NCBI GenBank assembly: GCA_043228905.1
Contig: JBHGNT010000009.1
Span: forward strand, 16,616,001-16,680,000
DNA from: Azolla caroliniana
Lineage: Eukaryota; Plantae; Polypodiophyta
Reading direction: 5' to 3'
DNA: 64,000 nucleotides
Shown here piece after piece: positions 18,466 to 31,349 of this stretch (positions within the stretch are counted from its first letter, which is position 1; each line of letters begins with the position of its first letter). Both the position numbers and the translations under genes were made by a program. A model generated the notes under the pieces. The model ran no database searches. It saw only the letters and a list, made by a program, of their open reading frames with translations, and had not been told where the DNA came from.

Positions 18466-21400
18466 TTACCGGCTCTCCGTCTCTGCTGTCTTGGTGGTTG
18501 CCGTTTCCACACCGGTGTCGGTCCTTTGCTCAAATGGATTTTTGGGCATCGGTCCTCTATATGGCTTCAATCGGAATCCGTTGACCCATTTGCCTAGCAC
18601 TTCGCCGGCAAGTGTCCCTAACTGGTAGGACCCATTATACTCACGTATCAGCCAATACGAACCGGTCCATCTAAACCGTAATTTACCCAGCATCTTGCCC
18701 ATCCGGGTCTGAAATACTAACACCGGTTTGCCGATTGCAAACATTTTTTCGTTTCCTTTCCTGTGTTGGTCGACAAATGCTTTCCGTCGTCGTTGTTCCA
18801 ATCCTAAGTGCAGGATGCTTGCAGTCATTGTTCCTCGAGTTCACACAGCGTTGTTAACCGTATTGCCTCCGACTCCTTCTCGTTCAGCCGTTCCCGTAGC
18901 TGGATCCATAAGTTGGGTACTTGGAATTCCACCGGCATTACCGCCTCTAGTCCGAACGTTAACCGGAACGGTGTTGTTCGGATCCTCGTTTTATATGTCG
19001 TCCGGTATGCCCAAAGCGCGCTATGTACCTTGGTATCCCAATCCGTTCGGTTTTCGTTGACGATCTTCCGGAGGATATTCTGGAGCGTTTTGTTAGTCGA
19101 TTCCGCTAACCCGTTTGCTTGCGGATAGTATGGTGTGCTCCGTTTATGGGCAACGGCATAGAATATCGTCAGGCTTTCAACTACTTGGCCGAGAAAGTGC
19201 CCCCCTTGGTCGCTTATTAATTCGATTGGGCATCCGTAACGGCACCAAATGTACTCGTATAGAAATTTCGTCGTTGACGCAACGGTGTTGTCTCTTAAGG
19301 CTTTGGCCTCCACCCATTTCGTGCAGTAATCCGTCGCGACGATGACGTACCGATTACCCATTCTCATTGCCGGTGGTTTGAACGGTCCAACAAAGTCCAG
19401 CCCCCACTTCTGGAATGGCTCGAGTGGTAGTACCGGCTGGTGAGGCATACGAGCCTGCTCCGTTGGCTGGCCCATTCGCTGGCATAGGTCACATTCTTTT
19501 GCATACCGTACCGCATCTCTTAATGTCGTTGGCCATCATAGGCCACTTTGCCATATTTTCCTGGCCGTCCCATCTCCTGCATAGTGACCTCCGGCAACTC
19601 TGCAGTGGGCTTCCCTCAGTATCAGGTCCTTTTCATTGCTGCGCACAGCCCGTCTCCATAAAGTGTGTCTTGCAGTAAGCAGAAATGTCGGCTTTGCACC
19701 GCCAGGCATTTCCGTTCGTCTCCATATGCCGTCCGCGCCCTTGTGGTAAAGTGTGTCTTGCAGTAAGCTGAAATGTCGGCTTTGCACCGCCAGGCATTTT
19801 CGTTCGTCCCGGTTCATCTCTTCCGGAGGCAGTCCTGTGCTCAGAAACTAGTGCATGTTTGTGAGCCACTTGTCTTCCTGTGCCACTGTCTCATCTACTG
19901 TTGTTTCCGTAGTGACTCAAAACAGCTCCGCATCCGGAAACTCATCCGCTACTCCGTCACCCGTCTCTTCGAACCCTAAACCCTAAACCCTATCCTCGGT
20001 GTCAGTCCACTGGAATGGTGTCCGATGTACAGCGGCATGCAACGGTGTAGCCAGGTCGGCCAAGTATCGGAGCATCTGGTTGTGCCACCGGATCTGGCCT
20101 AAGAACCGGCTTAATGCCTTTGCCGTTGCCGGCGCCGGTGCTTCTAATATGGCTTTCACTTTGTCCGGGTCGACTGCAATACCTTCTTGGCTCACAATAT
20201 GTCCTAATAAAGTTCCACTGGACACGCCAAATACACACTTTGCCAGATTCAAGCTTAGCCGGTATGCTCTACACTTTTCTAGACAAAGACGGAGGTGCTA
20301 AAAATGGTCCTCCGCCCGACTATAGATGGCGAAATCGTCAAGGAAAACCTTCATAAAAGCCGGGATATATTCACCAAAGATTTCCATGATGATTCGTTGA
20401 AATGTTGTTGGTGCCGTTTTGAGTCCGAACATCATCACCACGGCCACAAACACCCCCCATTCGGTGACGAAAGCCGTTTTCTCTTGGTCGTCGGGGTGCA
20501 TCCGGATCTGATTATACCCGCTGAATCCGTCTAGAAAGCTATAGACCTCATGGCCGGCGACGGCATCCAACACTCCATCTGTGAACGGGAGTGGAAACGC
20601 ATCTGTTACCGTAGCCGCATTGAGTTTCCGGTAGTCCACACAAACTCGAATTTTTCCGTTCTTCTTCGGTACGACTACGATCGGGCTCAGCCATGTCGCT
20701 TTCTTTACCAGATGGATAAAGCCAACTCTTAGCAGTTTGTCAATTTCCTCCTTGACTTTGGCGGCATAATTGGGATTCATTTGGTACCGTCTTTGTGCCA
20801 CTGGTTTTGCATCCTTGCTCAAGTGAACCTGATGCTGGTATAACTAAGGGTCGAGTCCTCGCATGTCTTCGTATGACCAGGCGAACACGTCGCGAAATTC
20901 CGTGAGAAGTGTGATCATCGCCGTTTTGTCTTCGGTCTTCATCTCCTTGGCGATGTGCACCGGTTTTGCTTCGTTCGTGGTCCCTAGGTTCACCTCTTCA
21001 AGTTGCGACGCTTTTACGCGCTATGAAACGGCCATTTCCCGTTCCAACGCTTCCTACGCTTGCCGTAACTCCTGGATTGCGTCTTTATCTGGTTCTGCTT
21101 CAGCCTCTTCCGGTTGCGGTAAGTATGGTGCTACTGCTTCGGCAATGTCAATTTCGAAGAGGGGTATGATCTTCGGGTTTTCCTGCAAGTACTGAGCTTC
21201 TTCTTCGTCAGCTAACCCTTCTAGCATGTTGACGCACTCTGCGTACAATGGTGTACATTCCTTGCCAGTGCTCGTCCTTGGCTGTGTTGGTACCCGTACC
21301 TTGGCTTTTCCTCGCCGGAAGGTAATTATATTTTTCCTCCAATTCTGTTTGATATGTGCCGTTTTCAACCATGGCCGCCCCAGCAATAGCGGGTATGCGC

Positions 21401-23829
21401 CTTGTGCCTGTAATTGTAGCACTACTGCCGAGATGTGAAATGTATGACCACCCACGGTGACTTCTAATTTTCGTATTAATCCTGTCGGCCGTACTGAGCT
21501 TGTATCGGCCATCCGTAACCAGAACGGACACGGCTCCCACTTGTGGATTCCCAGGGCATCACACGTCTGGAGGCTTATTACATTCACCCCGGAGCTTCCG
21601 TCTATAACTGTGCTGGGGAGTTCTTTCCCTTTTACAATGGCAGTGATTATCGGACTGTTGGTGTCCACCACCGTTGGTCCCTCCTCCGGATTCGAGAAGA
21701 GTACCAGTGCCGGTGATGATTCTCCTGCCGTCATGGCCGTCTTCAGTCCTTCCGTGAATCTTGGCACGAGTTGTAGGAGTCTTCCTAGTGGCAGCGTAAT
21801 CTGGCATTCTTGCAACGCCTGCCATATCTCGTTCTCGGAGTGACTGCCGCCGGCAAGCCCTACGGTGTTCTCCTTTTGCCGTTGTAAGTCTGTGACATTC
21901 TGCTCGTTTGCTTTCTTTACCCATTCCGTCGCTTGCTTCTGAATGGTCTCCTGCGTCTCCCATTCCTTGGCCATGCCCTTCGACCTTGTGGTCACCTGCT
22001 GCAGATCTGCCACCTCAGGGACTACCATATTTACTGCCGGTCGTTTTTCATAGCTCTTCGCCGGGCATTGATTACTATAATGGCCTTCCTGTCGGCAGTA
22101 GTAGCAGTAGGCTTTCCGGGTATTGTTGGATTCGGCCTTGTCTATTGTACCCGAGGCCGGTCCTGTGGTAAGCGCGGGGTTTTGGGCCAGTTGGCTGCTT
22201 GAAGCTCCTTGTTCCGGATCCTGTGGGTAGCCGCCTTTTTTGAAATGCCATTTTTTGTTATAGTTCTTCTTATTGCGGTACTCTTGACGAGGTTGCTCGT
22301 TATATCTGCCGTATTCCTCCCATTGCTGACAATACCCGAGGGAGTGCTCCCGGTCATAATGTTCGTATCGTCTATTGTAATCCCGGTACCGATCATATCT
22401 ATCATGCCGGTCATAGTTATCTCGCCGATCACCGTACCGGACATCATTCTCCCGTCGATCGCCATACCGGACATCCTGTGCCGGTCGGTCGCGGTCCATT
22501 CGCCGCCAGCGTTCCTCTTCTTCATCCTGGCTGCTGCATGGCTCTATTTGTCGGACGGGCGGTGCTTGCCGGTTCAATAGATTATACTCGCACCTATCCA
22601 TTGTATGGCCCTTGGATTGACAGATTACACATTGTGTCCTCATAGTGCATTCTAGTGCCGAGTGTCCGGAATTCATGCAGGTTGTGCACTGTATTGCTTG
22701 CCGAAACCGGAGGTCTTCATCGGACGGTAACGCCCGTTGGAGTGCTCCAAGTGTGAGCCAGGAGCTTGTCTTTTCCATCTCTCTCACCCGGTCAATGACC
22801 TGGTCGATGGTACTTGTGCAGAAGTCAATTACCGTGCAAACCGTGCGTAGGGGTTCCCGGAGCGCATTTAGGAATATAGTCCGTAATTCCTCCTCCGGAG
22901 GTGTGCGGGCAAGCTAACTATGCATCCGTTGAAACCGGATGACAAATTGGGGAATGCTCTCCCTTGCCTCCTGTCGGATGGTATAAAATAAGCCCACCAT
23001 TACTGTCTGGTCCACCTCCTTTTGGAAAAAATGCAAGAATTTAGCTTTTCAATCTGCGAAGGTGGTGATGGTAGACGGGTCCTGCGTCCGGCGCCATCTT
23101 GTTGCCGGTCCCTCCAATATGACGCTAAATTCTGCTATCTTAAAGCGTTCCTCTTCTTCCGGGGTCAATCGCTGGGACACATGGTTTGCTTCCCATGTCT
23201 GTTCAAAGGCGTGAACATGAGCTTCCGCGTCCGGATCATCTCTATACTTGGAGTACTAGAACGGCATGTCGTCGTCCGGTATCGGTGCGCAGGCTGACAG
23301 TGTTGGTAGTCTTTCCTGATTTGTTTCCGGCGTCGGTGGTCTTTCCTCTTCTTTTGGTGACGGAGGCCTCTCCTCTTCGACTTCCAGTGTCGGAGGTCGC
23401 TCTTCCTCTGCTGGTTCCGAAGGTTCCAGCCTTAGCACTTCCGGTTCCGGTGTCGGTAAGGTGTCTGATCCTTCGTCCTCCGGTCCGTCCGGGGTTTCGT
23501 TGCTGCTATGGTAGTTCGTGTGCACGCTGTATTCCCCTTCGGAATCCGATTTATACGCTGAAAAGGCTTCTGCTTCGCCTTCTCCATTTGCCAACACCTG
23601 GAGAAGGGATTCAGTTTCCTGGAGGCTGCTTGCTTAGGTTGCTGCCGTCGTCCGGGTGCGATGTTTGTTGTAACCAGAGGGAGTCCTCCGCTACTCTCCG
23701 GATTATGTTGGAAAATGAGCGATCCGCTCTAATTTCTTGCGCCGCTTGCTGGAAAGCCTCACGTCTCCTTTGCCTTTCGGCAAGGCGTCGAGTTCGATCT
23801 GTAACCAGGTTGTGCGTTGATCTAGTCAT
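18466..23829 (-). pseudogene. Disrupted gag-pol of element A (3 CCHC knuckles, protease, RT, integrase; RNase H deleted)
   Basis: ORF fragments 21054-22787, 20298-20822, 19983-20252, 18825-19475, 18466-18828 with retroviral motifs, stops and frameshifts. Confidence 0.9.
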
Positions 23830-23865
23830 CCATCCGTGCCGTCGTTCGATGCAAAAACAAGAATC

Positions 23866-23875
23866 GTGGTCGCCA
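23866..23875 (-). promoter_or_regulatory. PBS of element A, TGGCGACCAC (tRNA-Arg(UCG)-like)
   Basis: 7 nt after the 5' LTR; complementary to the recalled tRNA-Arg 3' end GUGGUCGCCA. Confidence 0.65.
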
Positions 23876-23882
23876 AAAATTG

Positions 23883-24321
23883 TGTTAACTCTTAGGGCCG
23901 GAAAAATGCCCTAACACAGGGTGTCTACGGAAGACACTTCACCAAAGGGGTGTTACGGCAACAGGATTAGACTCAACGATTAATCCGACTTAATTAAGTT
24001 ACTTAGCAAGATCGTCCTTAATATTCACACGCGTAAGATATAACAATGAATGCAGAATGGCAATTAACACAGAGAGATAACAACACTAAGCTTTATTACT
24101 TAACCGTTGTTCATTACATCGTATCCGGGCCTTTAAATAGGTTTCCGGTCTGTATTACAAAACGGTGCCATCCGCACCTGTTCGGGATCGGTCCGGATCC
24201 GGAACGGCATACCGATTCCGGTCCGTCCGTCCACACTCATAGCTTACCTACAACCATTCCTACTAATTAAATGACTCCTCGTTTCACACTCTGGACTCCT
24301 TTGCCGGTCGGGCCGGTAACA
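23883..24321 (-). repeat. 5' LTR of element A (439 bp)
   Basis: Direct repeat of 1995-2432, upstream of gag on minus. Confidence 0.93.
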
Positions 24322-24326
24322 CGGCG

Positions 24327-24717
24327 CGACAAGCCCGTGAGCTCCCGACCTGAGTCTTGGCAGCCGACGACTACTGTAACCTACCTTGGTCCGGCTCGAA
24401 GCCAGGAATGTATTCCCACTTTTATATATATACATTTGCGTCTGTTTGTGTATATTGGTCTCTCTGTTGGTGTCGGGTGCTTCCCCTTTTCCTGCGTTTC
24501 CTGTACATAAGGGCATGAGTCGGGTCGGCCTGTGTGTGTGTGTGTGTGCGTGAGTCGGCGTCAAGCGCGCGCTCCCTCTCTTTCTCTCTCTCCCTTCAGT
24601 TGCTTCCGGTGTGCTTCTGGGATGCCCCGGAAACGATGAAGCACGACTTCCCACGCTCCATCACTCCCTAGTCCAAGACCCCCGTGGTCCCGCCTTTCTC
24701 CAGGCACGCGCGTAACA
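24327..24717 (+). repeat. 3' LTR of element O, right part
   Basis: Resumes after A's TSD and ends ...cgcgtaaCA at 24717, where copia F coding sequence begins. Confidence 0.65.
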
Positions 24718-26572
24718 ACGCGACACCGTCCTTCTTGATGAAGCAACCTCCTTGGTTGAATCGAACTTGCATCCCTTGCTCCACAATTTGACCGACCGAG
24801 ACCAAATTCTTCATTATGGTGGGTATATGTAAGACATTTTTTATGCAAGTTTGTTCACCTTCTTTCTCGAATGGGACATTGCCGACATGCCGAATCGGAT
24901 GAGTGGTGTCGTCTCCGGTCTCAACATAACCGGGTCGATCCGGCTCTCGAAGGTCTTTGAACCATTCTTGATGGGACGTCATATGGTTCAAAGCACCGGA
25001 GTCGACGAACCATACATCTTCCGGATTGGAGGCATTAGTCTAAGTAGAGGCCGACATAGAATTTGCTCTATGTCTCATTACAAAAATTCCACCATGATCT
25101 TTATAGTCGGAGTTGGTGGCGTAATTGGTGAGTCATCAGCTTGTGGAAGCCGACTCGGGCTTCTTCTTTCGACACTCTTCTTCATAGTGGCCGATTTTTC
25201 CGCAATAACCACATTCGATCGAGTTTTGTTGACTCAAACCAGAATGGAAGCTCCCCCTTCTTCCGAAGGTTCCTCTATGGCTTCCGTCTTGTTGCCGAAA
25301 TTGGGAGTTGTTGTTGTAAGTTGGACCTTGTCCGCCGCCTCGTCCTTGGCCGAATCGGCCTCTTGCTCGGCCGCGTCCTCTTCCTCCATTCGAATGCGTG
25401 TAGAGCATGTGGCCTTCTGAGGCGTTGTTCCTTGTTCGAACATGATTCTCTTCGACCAATAACATCGATTGAAGATCAAAGAAAGAGGGTGGATTCTCTC
25501 GTGCTAGTACGGTGGTCCGCATCACGCCGAATTGTGGTGCAAGGCTGCCGAGGCATATTTGCACCATTTCTTCATCCTCCACATTGAAACTCTTATCGAG
25601 CCAAGTGTATCACAAAGATCCTTGATCTTCAAGGTGTAGCTTGTGATGGACATATCAAGTTGTTGGATGTTGTTCAACTCTTGGTGGAGTTGAAGCTTTC
25701 GTGCCGTTGTATTGGCGTCGAATATCTTCCTTAGATTCTCCCATGCTTCCTTTGGCATCACGGCTTCTCGAATGTAGCCGAGCATGTGGTCATGAACACA
25801 TGTTGCCAAGCAATACATTACTCGACTCGCCGCTTGCTCCCATGTTGAGTAGTCGGTGTCTTCCAGGTCGGGTCGGTTTTCTTGTGCTCCCTTGATGTAA
25901 CCCCAATAGCCTTGGCTGACAAGGTATTGGTGCATCTTGTACTCCCAAGATGCAAAGTTGTTTCGGTCCAACTTCTCACTAGGGAGAGCGCTCCCCATTT
26001 GAGTATTCATGGTGTTCGATGTAGATTTCTTCCTTCTTCTTCTCTCTTGAATACGAGCTATGTAGTCACACTACGATAGCGATGAGCTGGTTCTTCTTGA
26101 ACGTCGGCGTAAAGCTCAACACACACGGATGGGCTAAGATCGAGCTACCAAACTGCTTTGATACCATGTAAAGAATCGATGGTGATTCTTGTGTAGCAGA
26201 ATAGACTAGAGATATGTGTTTTGAGTGTGTGTGTGTGTGTGTATGAGAGAGAGAGTGTGTGTGTGAGAGAGAGAAACACAAGATAGATTAGAGAGACAAT
26301 AGAATACTCAAGAAGATGTATATTACAAAGGAGATTAATAGACTTAATTACAAAGTAGGAGGAGAGTGCTTTATATAGTCACTCTCTCTCTTCATTAACT
26401 ACCAAAGCTCATGGGTCATGGGGAATGTGAAAATTCATTAGTTATGTGTCATAGAATATGATTCTATGACACATAGTTAATGTGTAGATAAGAGTGGTGA
26501 CTTTTGACCTTTGAGTGCACACTCTCAAGGGTGTGTTCAAAAACTAGACTAGGTTGAGCTTGATTCTCAACA
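24718..26572 (-). mobile_element. Ty1/Copia element F, 5' part (LTR 26167-26572, iMet PBS, gag, protease); Bryco-like by inference
   Basis: PBS TGGTATCAAAGC abuts the LTR; gag LPSEKLDRNNFASW; CGYCGKIGHYEEEC; WFVDSGA; homologous to I, J, K. Confidence 0.88.
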
Positions 26573-27640
26573 AAAACGAACTAAATCTTGTCAACCATGA
26601 ATCGACATGGGTGGTCGATTTGGGTGCATCGTTTCACCTAACCCCCAACCGAAAATGCTTCTCATCATACATGACCGGAGACCACGATCTTGTAAAGATG
26701 GGAAATGAAGGAGCATGCCGAATTGTCGGCATAAGACATGTGTGTCTGGTGACATCGACCAAGTGCCGACTAGTGTTGAAGGATGTCCAACACGTTCCAG
26801 AAGTCCGACTTAATCTGATATCAGCCAATTGGCCAAATGACGAAGGCTACACGGATAGCATCCGGAATGGTGTCATGGAGTTATGCAAAGGGAGCCTGAT
26901 TATGGCTCGAGCCCGGAAAACTAGCACGTTGTATTTGATGCATGCTCGAATATGTCGGGCAGAAGTGAATGTAGCGGTCGACACTGTCGGAGAGCTGTGG
27001 CAGAAGAGGTTGTGCCACATGGGCGAGAAGGGGATGCAGAGACTTGCTGATGACAACCTCATTCCAGAGGTGAAGAACATACAACTAGAAAAGTGCATCA
27101 ATTGTTTGGCTGGCAAGCAAAACAGAACCTCCTTTCGAACCTGGGTCCCGACAAGGAAGAGAATACCACTGGAACTCGTGCATGTCAACGTATGCTACAT
27201 AGGCACTAAGTCACATGCCGGCTCACAATATTTTTTGACCTTCATTGACGACTGTAGTCAGAAGTTGTGGGCTTCTGTCCTGAAGACCAAGGACCAAGTG
27301 TTGTTGGTCTTTAGAGAGTTTCAAGCGAGAGTCGAACAAGAGACCGACCGACAACTAAAAATGGTCCGAGTGGATAATGGAGGAGAATACCGAGGGCAGT
27401 TCGAACAGTACTGTCGATCGAAGGGAATCTGACTCAAGTATACCATGCCGAAAATACTAGAACTCAATGCGATGGCCGAGAGGATGAACCTGACCATTAT
27501 GGAGAGGGTCTGAAGCATCCTAGCACATGCCAAGTTGTCCAAGACATTCTGGGTTGAGGCATTGATGACAACAGTGTACGTGATAAATAGATCACCCTCA
27601 GCACCCCTTAACAGACATGTTCCACAAAGAGTGTGGACCA
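26573..27640 (+). pseudogene. Tork/Tnt1-like copia G fragment (protease, GAG-pre-integrase, integrase)
   Basis: WVVDLGASFH, FIDDCSQKLW, DNGGEY. Confidence 0.85.
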
Positions 27641-30600
27641 AAAAACACACAATGATTGGATTGTGTTTTGTGGAATTCATGCTTCGTCATGAAGGACTCA
27701 AATTTCCTGTACCATTGTTGAAGAGCTTGCTTCAAACCATATAAGGTCTTCCTCAAGTTGCATACAAGATTCTCCATTCCATTTACCTCAAAGCCCTCTA
27801 GTTGCTCCGTGTAGATTTCCTCTTCCAACTCACCATGTAGGAATGCAATCTTTACATCTAGTTGTTCAACCTCGAGGATCATGCTTGCAGCTAGGCTTAG
27901 CACGGTCCGAATGGATGACATCTTCACAACTGGAGCAAACATCTCATCAAACTCAACACCCTTTTTCTGATGAAAGCCTTTCACCACTATGCAAGCTTTG
28001 TATCTAGGTGGACAACCAGCTTCTCTAGTTTTCAGCTTGAAGACCCATTTGTTCCTTAGAGCCCTTTTACCTTCATGCAATTCCATCAAATCATAAGTGT
28101 GGTTCTCATGCAAGGAATTTATCTCATCTTGCATGGCATTGTACCACTCCCTTTTGTGCACATTCGACATGGCTTCCTCATAACATTCCGGCTCACCTTG
28201 ATGAGTCAGTAATACATAATCACTGGTTGGATACTTTGAGGAAGCCATTCTCTGTTTGGAAGGGTATCTTCTCATCTCAACAATTGGCTCTGTTTCAACA
28301 GGTTCAACATCATATGCTTCAGCTAACTCGGCATCATCCGACTGTTGTATGCCGACGGGCTGTACATGACTAGAATTGGCAAGTACAAAGTCCATAATAG
28401 TGGTTGGCTGGGAAGTCGACTATTAGAGCTAGATCCTAATGTAAGCATGAGATAAAGAAATAGATTATAAGAAAATAAAGACGAGAGAGAAAGAAGGGTA
28501 TCGATCCACCCAACCACCCCCGAACGAAGGGATCGAGATAGACTCGAGCCTCGATCGACATCCCATACTACCGCCATGGCATCGAGTCGTACCTAGTACT
28601 GGTGCACTCAATACAAGAGTTTAATAACCACGAGGACAGAGTCTCAACGTAGTCGATAATCTCAAATGAGGATAGCTAGGCCTCATATTTATAATCAAAC
28701 TTAAGAAGTTAATGGGTTGTCTCAATCCCAAGGATTAAAAGTAATCCTTCCCTTCTTTACACTCTCGGTTAACCCTCACATGTTATCCTTGTGTGTAAAA
28801 TACTACGGTATAACTTACCACGAGATATTATATGGTCATGCTTGTAACCTCAACATTGGTTGTTGTTTCCGGTCTTCAATTTTCTTGTTTTCCATAAACA
28901 CAATATCCCGAATTCTAACCACTTTCTTGTCAAGCCTATCCTAGAATCTGTAGCCGAACTCATCTTCTGAGTGCCCCAAGAAAATGCATGCCTTGGACTT
29001 GTTGTCTAGCTTTGGTCTCTGATCTTTAGCAACATGCATGTATGCAAGGCATCCAAACACTCTCAAATGCTTATAAGAGACATCTCTTCCTCTATGGAAC
29101 ATCACCATCTAGAAGCACTGAAGGAGATTTGTTTATGATGTACCATGCAGTCATCATTGCCTCAGCCCACAATGATTTTGACAGTTTAGCATGCGACAAC
29201 ATGCTTCTCACTCTTTCCACTATGGTCATGTTCATCCTTTCAGCAAGACCATTAAATTCCAGTGTTTTGGGCACTGTATACTGAAGTTTGATTCCTTAAT
29301 TCTTGCAATACATCTCAAATTGACTTATGTACTCACTGTCATTGTTTGTCCTTACAGCCTTCAACTTCTATCTGGATTCTCTTTCAACCCTAGCCTGAAA
29401 TTCCTTAAAGACCGACAACACTTGGTCTTTGCTTTTTAGCACGAAAGCCCACAACTTTCTATTGTAATCATCAATAAAACTCACAAAGTATTGTGCACCA
29501 TCCTCTCGCTTATATGACCCAGCCTCTTGTGTCATATCTCATTAAGCGAGTCGGCAACCACATTTGATTCATCTCTGCACAGTTTTGCATGCATTACATA
29601 TAGTGTACTTCGCTTTTGTGCCCGAGCCACAATCATACTTCCCTTGCAGAATTTCCATATACCATTCTAAAAGCTACCATTGTAGCCTTCATTAGCAAGT
29701 TGACCTGACAATATCATATTCAATATCACATCCAGAACATGGTGTACAACTTTTAGCATCATCCTACAACTAGTGGATGTCAACAAACAAACATTTCCAA
29801 TGCCAACAATCTTGCATGGACCATCATTCCCCATCTTTACATAGCCATAGTCACCAAATGTATAAGATGAGAAGCATTCTCTCTTGTGAGTCAACTGAAA
29901 AGATGCACCAGAATGTACAACCCAAGTGCACTCATTACTAGCAAGGTTCACACATGCTTGTTCACTAATAAACAACAACTCTTCCTCACTGGCTACAATG
30001 GCTGAGGTATTTCTCTCCTCTGAAATTTTATTCTGCTCTGTACTACCATCATTTCTTTTGTCCCTCTTGAAATGTTGGCAGTTCTTTTGGAAATGCCCCA
30101 GTTTCCCACAATAGAAACATGTGAGTTTTCCCATTAGAGGACGGAGTAAGCAAAGGGGTTCCTAGAACCTCGCTCTAATAGCAGTTTGATGTGAATGAGG
30201 ACCGAAACAACAAACAGACTGATGAAAAACACAACACAGATGCACAAGATTTTTATCGTGGAAAACTCTAAATCGGGAAAAACCACGGAACCCTCAAGGT
30301 ACCAACCATTTCACTAGATTTTTAATGTACAGGAGATATAGTCTCTCTCTCTCTCTCGGTAACACTAGAGGAATACCCCAAATTTCAAGGCATCAACCTT
30401 GGCACAGTCTTCATCTCACTCAGTGGACGGAATAGAAACAGTCAGAAACAATAAGAGAGATATAGAACAATAGAATCTCATTTGCTGCTCAAAAACAAAG
30501 TTCGTATAGCCATCGATCCGCACTAATCAGACTCAGATGCCACTACACCTACAAGGTCTTCTTACATTGTACTGTTACGTTCGTTGTCTTGTCTCTTTCT

Positions 30601-30724
30601 ATGTCTATGTCTCTTACTCACACCTTATAAATACACATACATACATATAGACACACACACACATTTCGGCCCTTAGCCGGCTTATGGCTCTTACTTCTCC
30701 CATGAGGAGGGACACAACACAACA
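27641..30724 (-). mobile_element. Decayed Tork-like copia H (5' LTR 30187-30724, gag mostly deleted, PR, IN, partial RT)
   Basis: Degenerate iMet PBS at about 30172-30183; CFYCGKLGHFQKNC; QLDVKIAFLHG, LYGLKQA; LTR motif cgtggaaa...aaaccacgg. Confidence 0.82.
28377..28820. mobile_element. Probable solo LTR inserted in copia H
   Basis: Non-coding interruption between IN and RT with inverted ends TGGCAAGT/ACTTACCA; no clear TSD. Confidence 0.4.
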
Positions 30725-30734
30725 TAAGGCATTT

Positions 30735-31100
30735 GGATTAAATCAATACTTGAGGCACTTCCTTCAAATCAATGAAATTAAGTTTCATCTCAATCACCCT
30801 CCTCATTTACATCTTCACCCAATGTTCTATGTATCACATTTGGAACCTTATGGTTCGAGCTCTATCCAAATCACCTTGTTCCTCCCCCACCTCTTGATCT
30901 TGTTGATATTCAAGAATACGAGATGAAAATCTTCATGGACTCAAAGGTTGCCTATAACAAATTATATTACTTGGTTGATTGGTTAGATTTTAGTAGGTGC
31001 TTCAATCATTGATGAACCATTCTAATGCAATGGAAGTCCTTGTTCGATTCAATCTCGTTATTGGTTGTTGCATTGAAACACCATGGTGTTTGCCTTGAAG
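30735..31100 (+). pseudogene. Relic chromovirus integrase C-terminus/chromodomain
   Basis: LHPMFYVSHLEPY, then EYEMKIFMDSK...KLYYLVDWL in a shifted frame. Confidence 0.7.
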
Positions 31101-31349
31101 GTATGAAGGTTATGCTCATGGTTTGCTAAAATAATGAAGAATTTCACCAAGTTCTTCCCACCTTAACTTTTAAGATGTGTGTGGGCAAATTTGGTTTCTT
31201 ACTCCATCTTAATTTGGGTTCTCATTATATTTAGTTCATTAAGAATGACCAAATGAGAGGTTGAGTCTTGGACAACAAGTGTTGGGTTGTTTCACATTAC
31301 TAATCTTCATCCACATTTGGACAAGCCCCATGAGGTCTTCCATTTCCCC

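Larger units (their letters stand above)
1995..24321 (-). mobile_element. Ty3/Gypsy element A, non-chromoviral Athila/Tat-like, decayed, hosting B and C
   Basis: Direct LTRs 1995-2432 and 23883-24321 (TGTTA...TAACA); TSD tggcg/cggcg; gag-PR-RT-IN on minus (FLDGFSGYNQI, KWGLDFVGP, DYCTKWVEAKAL). Confidence 0.93.

Noticed and set aside
23575-23622. GGAAAC-TGA plus a 9-bp hairpin (CCTTCTCCA/TGGAGAAGG) near the start of A gag, resembling a -1 frameshift site
   Set aside because: The downstream ORF is in the +1 frame, so a simple indel explains it better.
1995-24321. Element A actually oriented plus with antisense ORFs
   Set aside because: LTR TATA/polyadenylation order and every ORF point to the minus strand.
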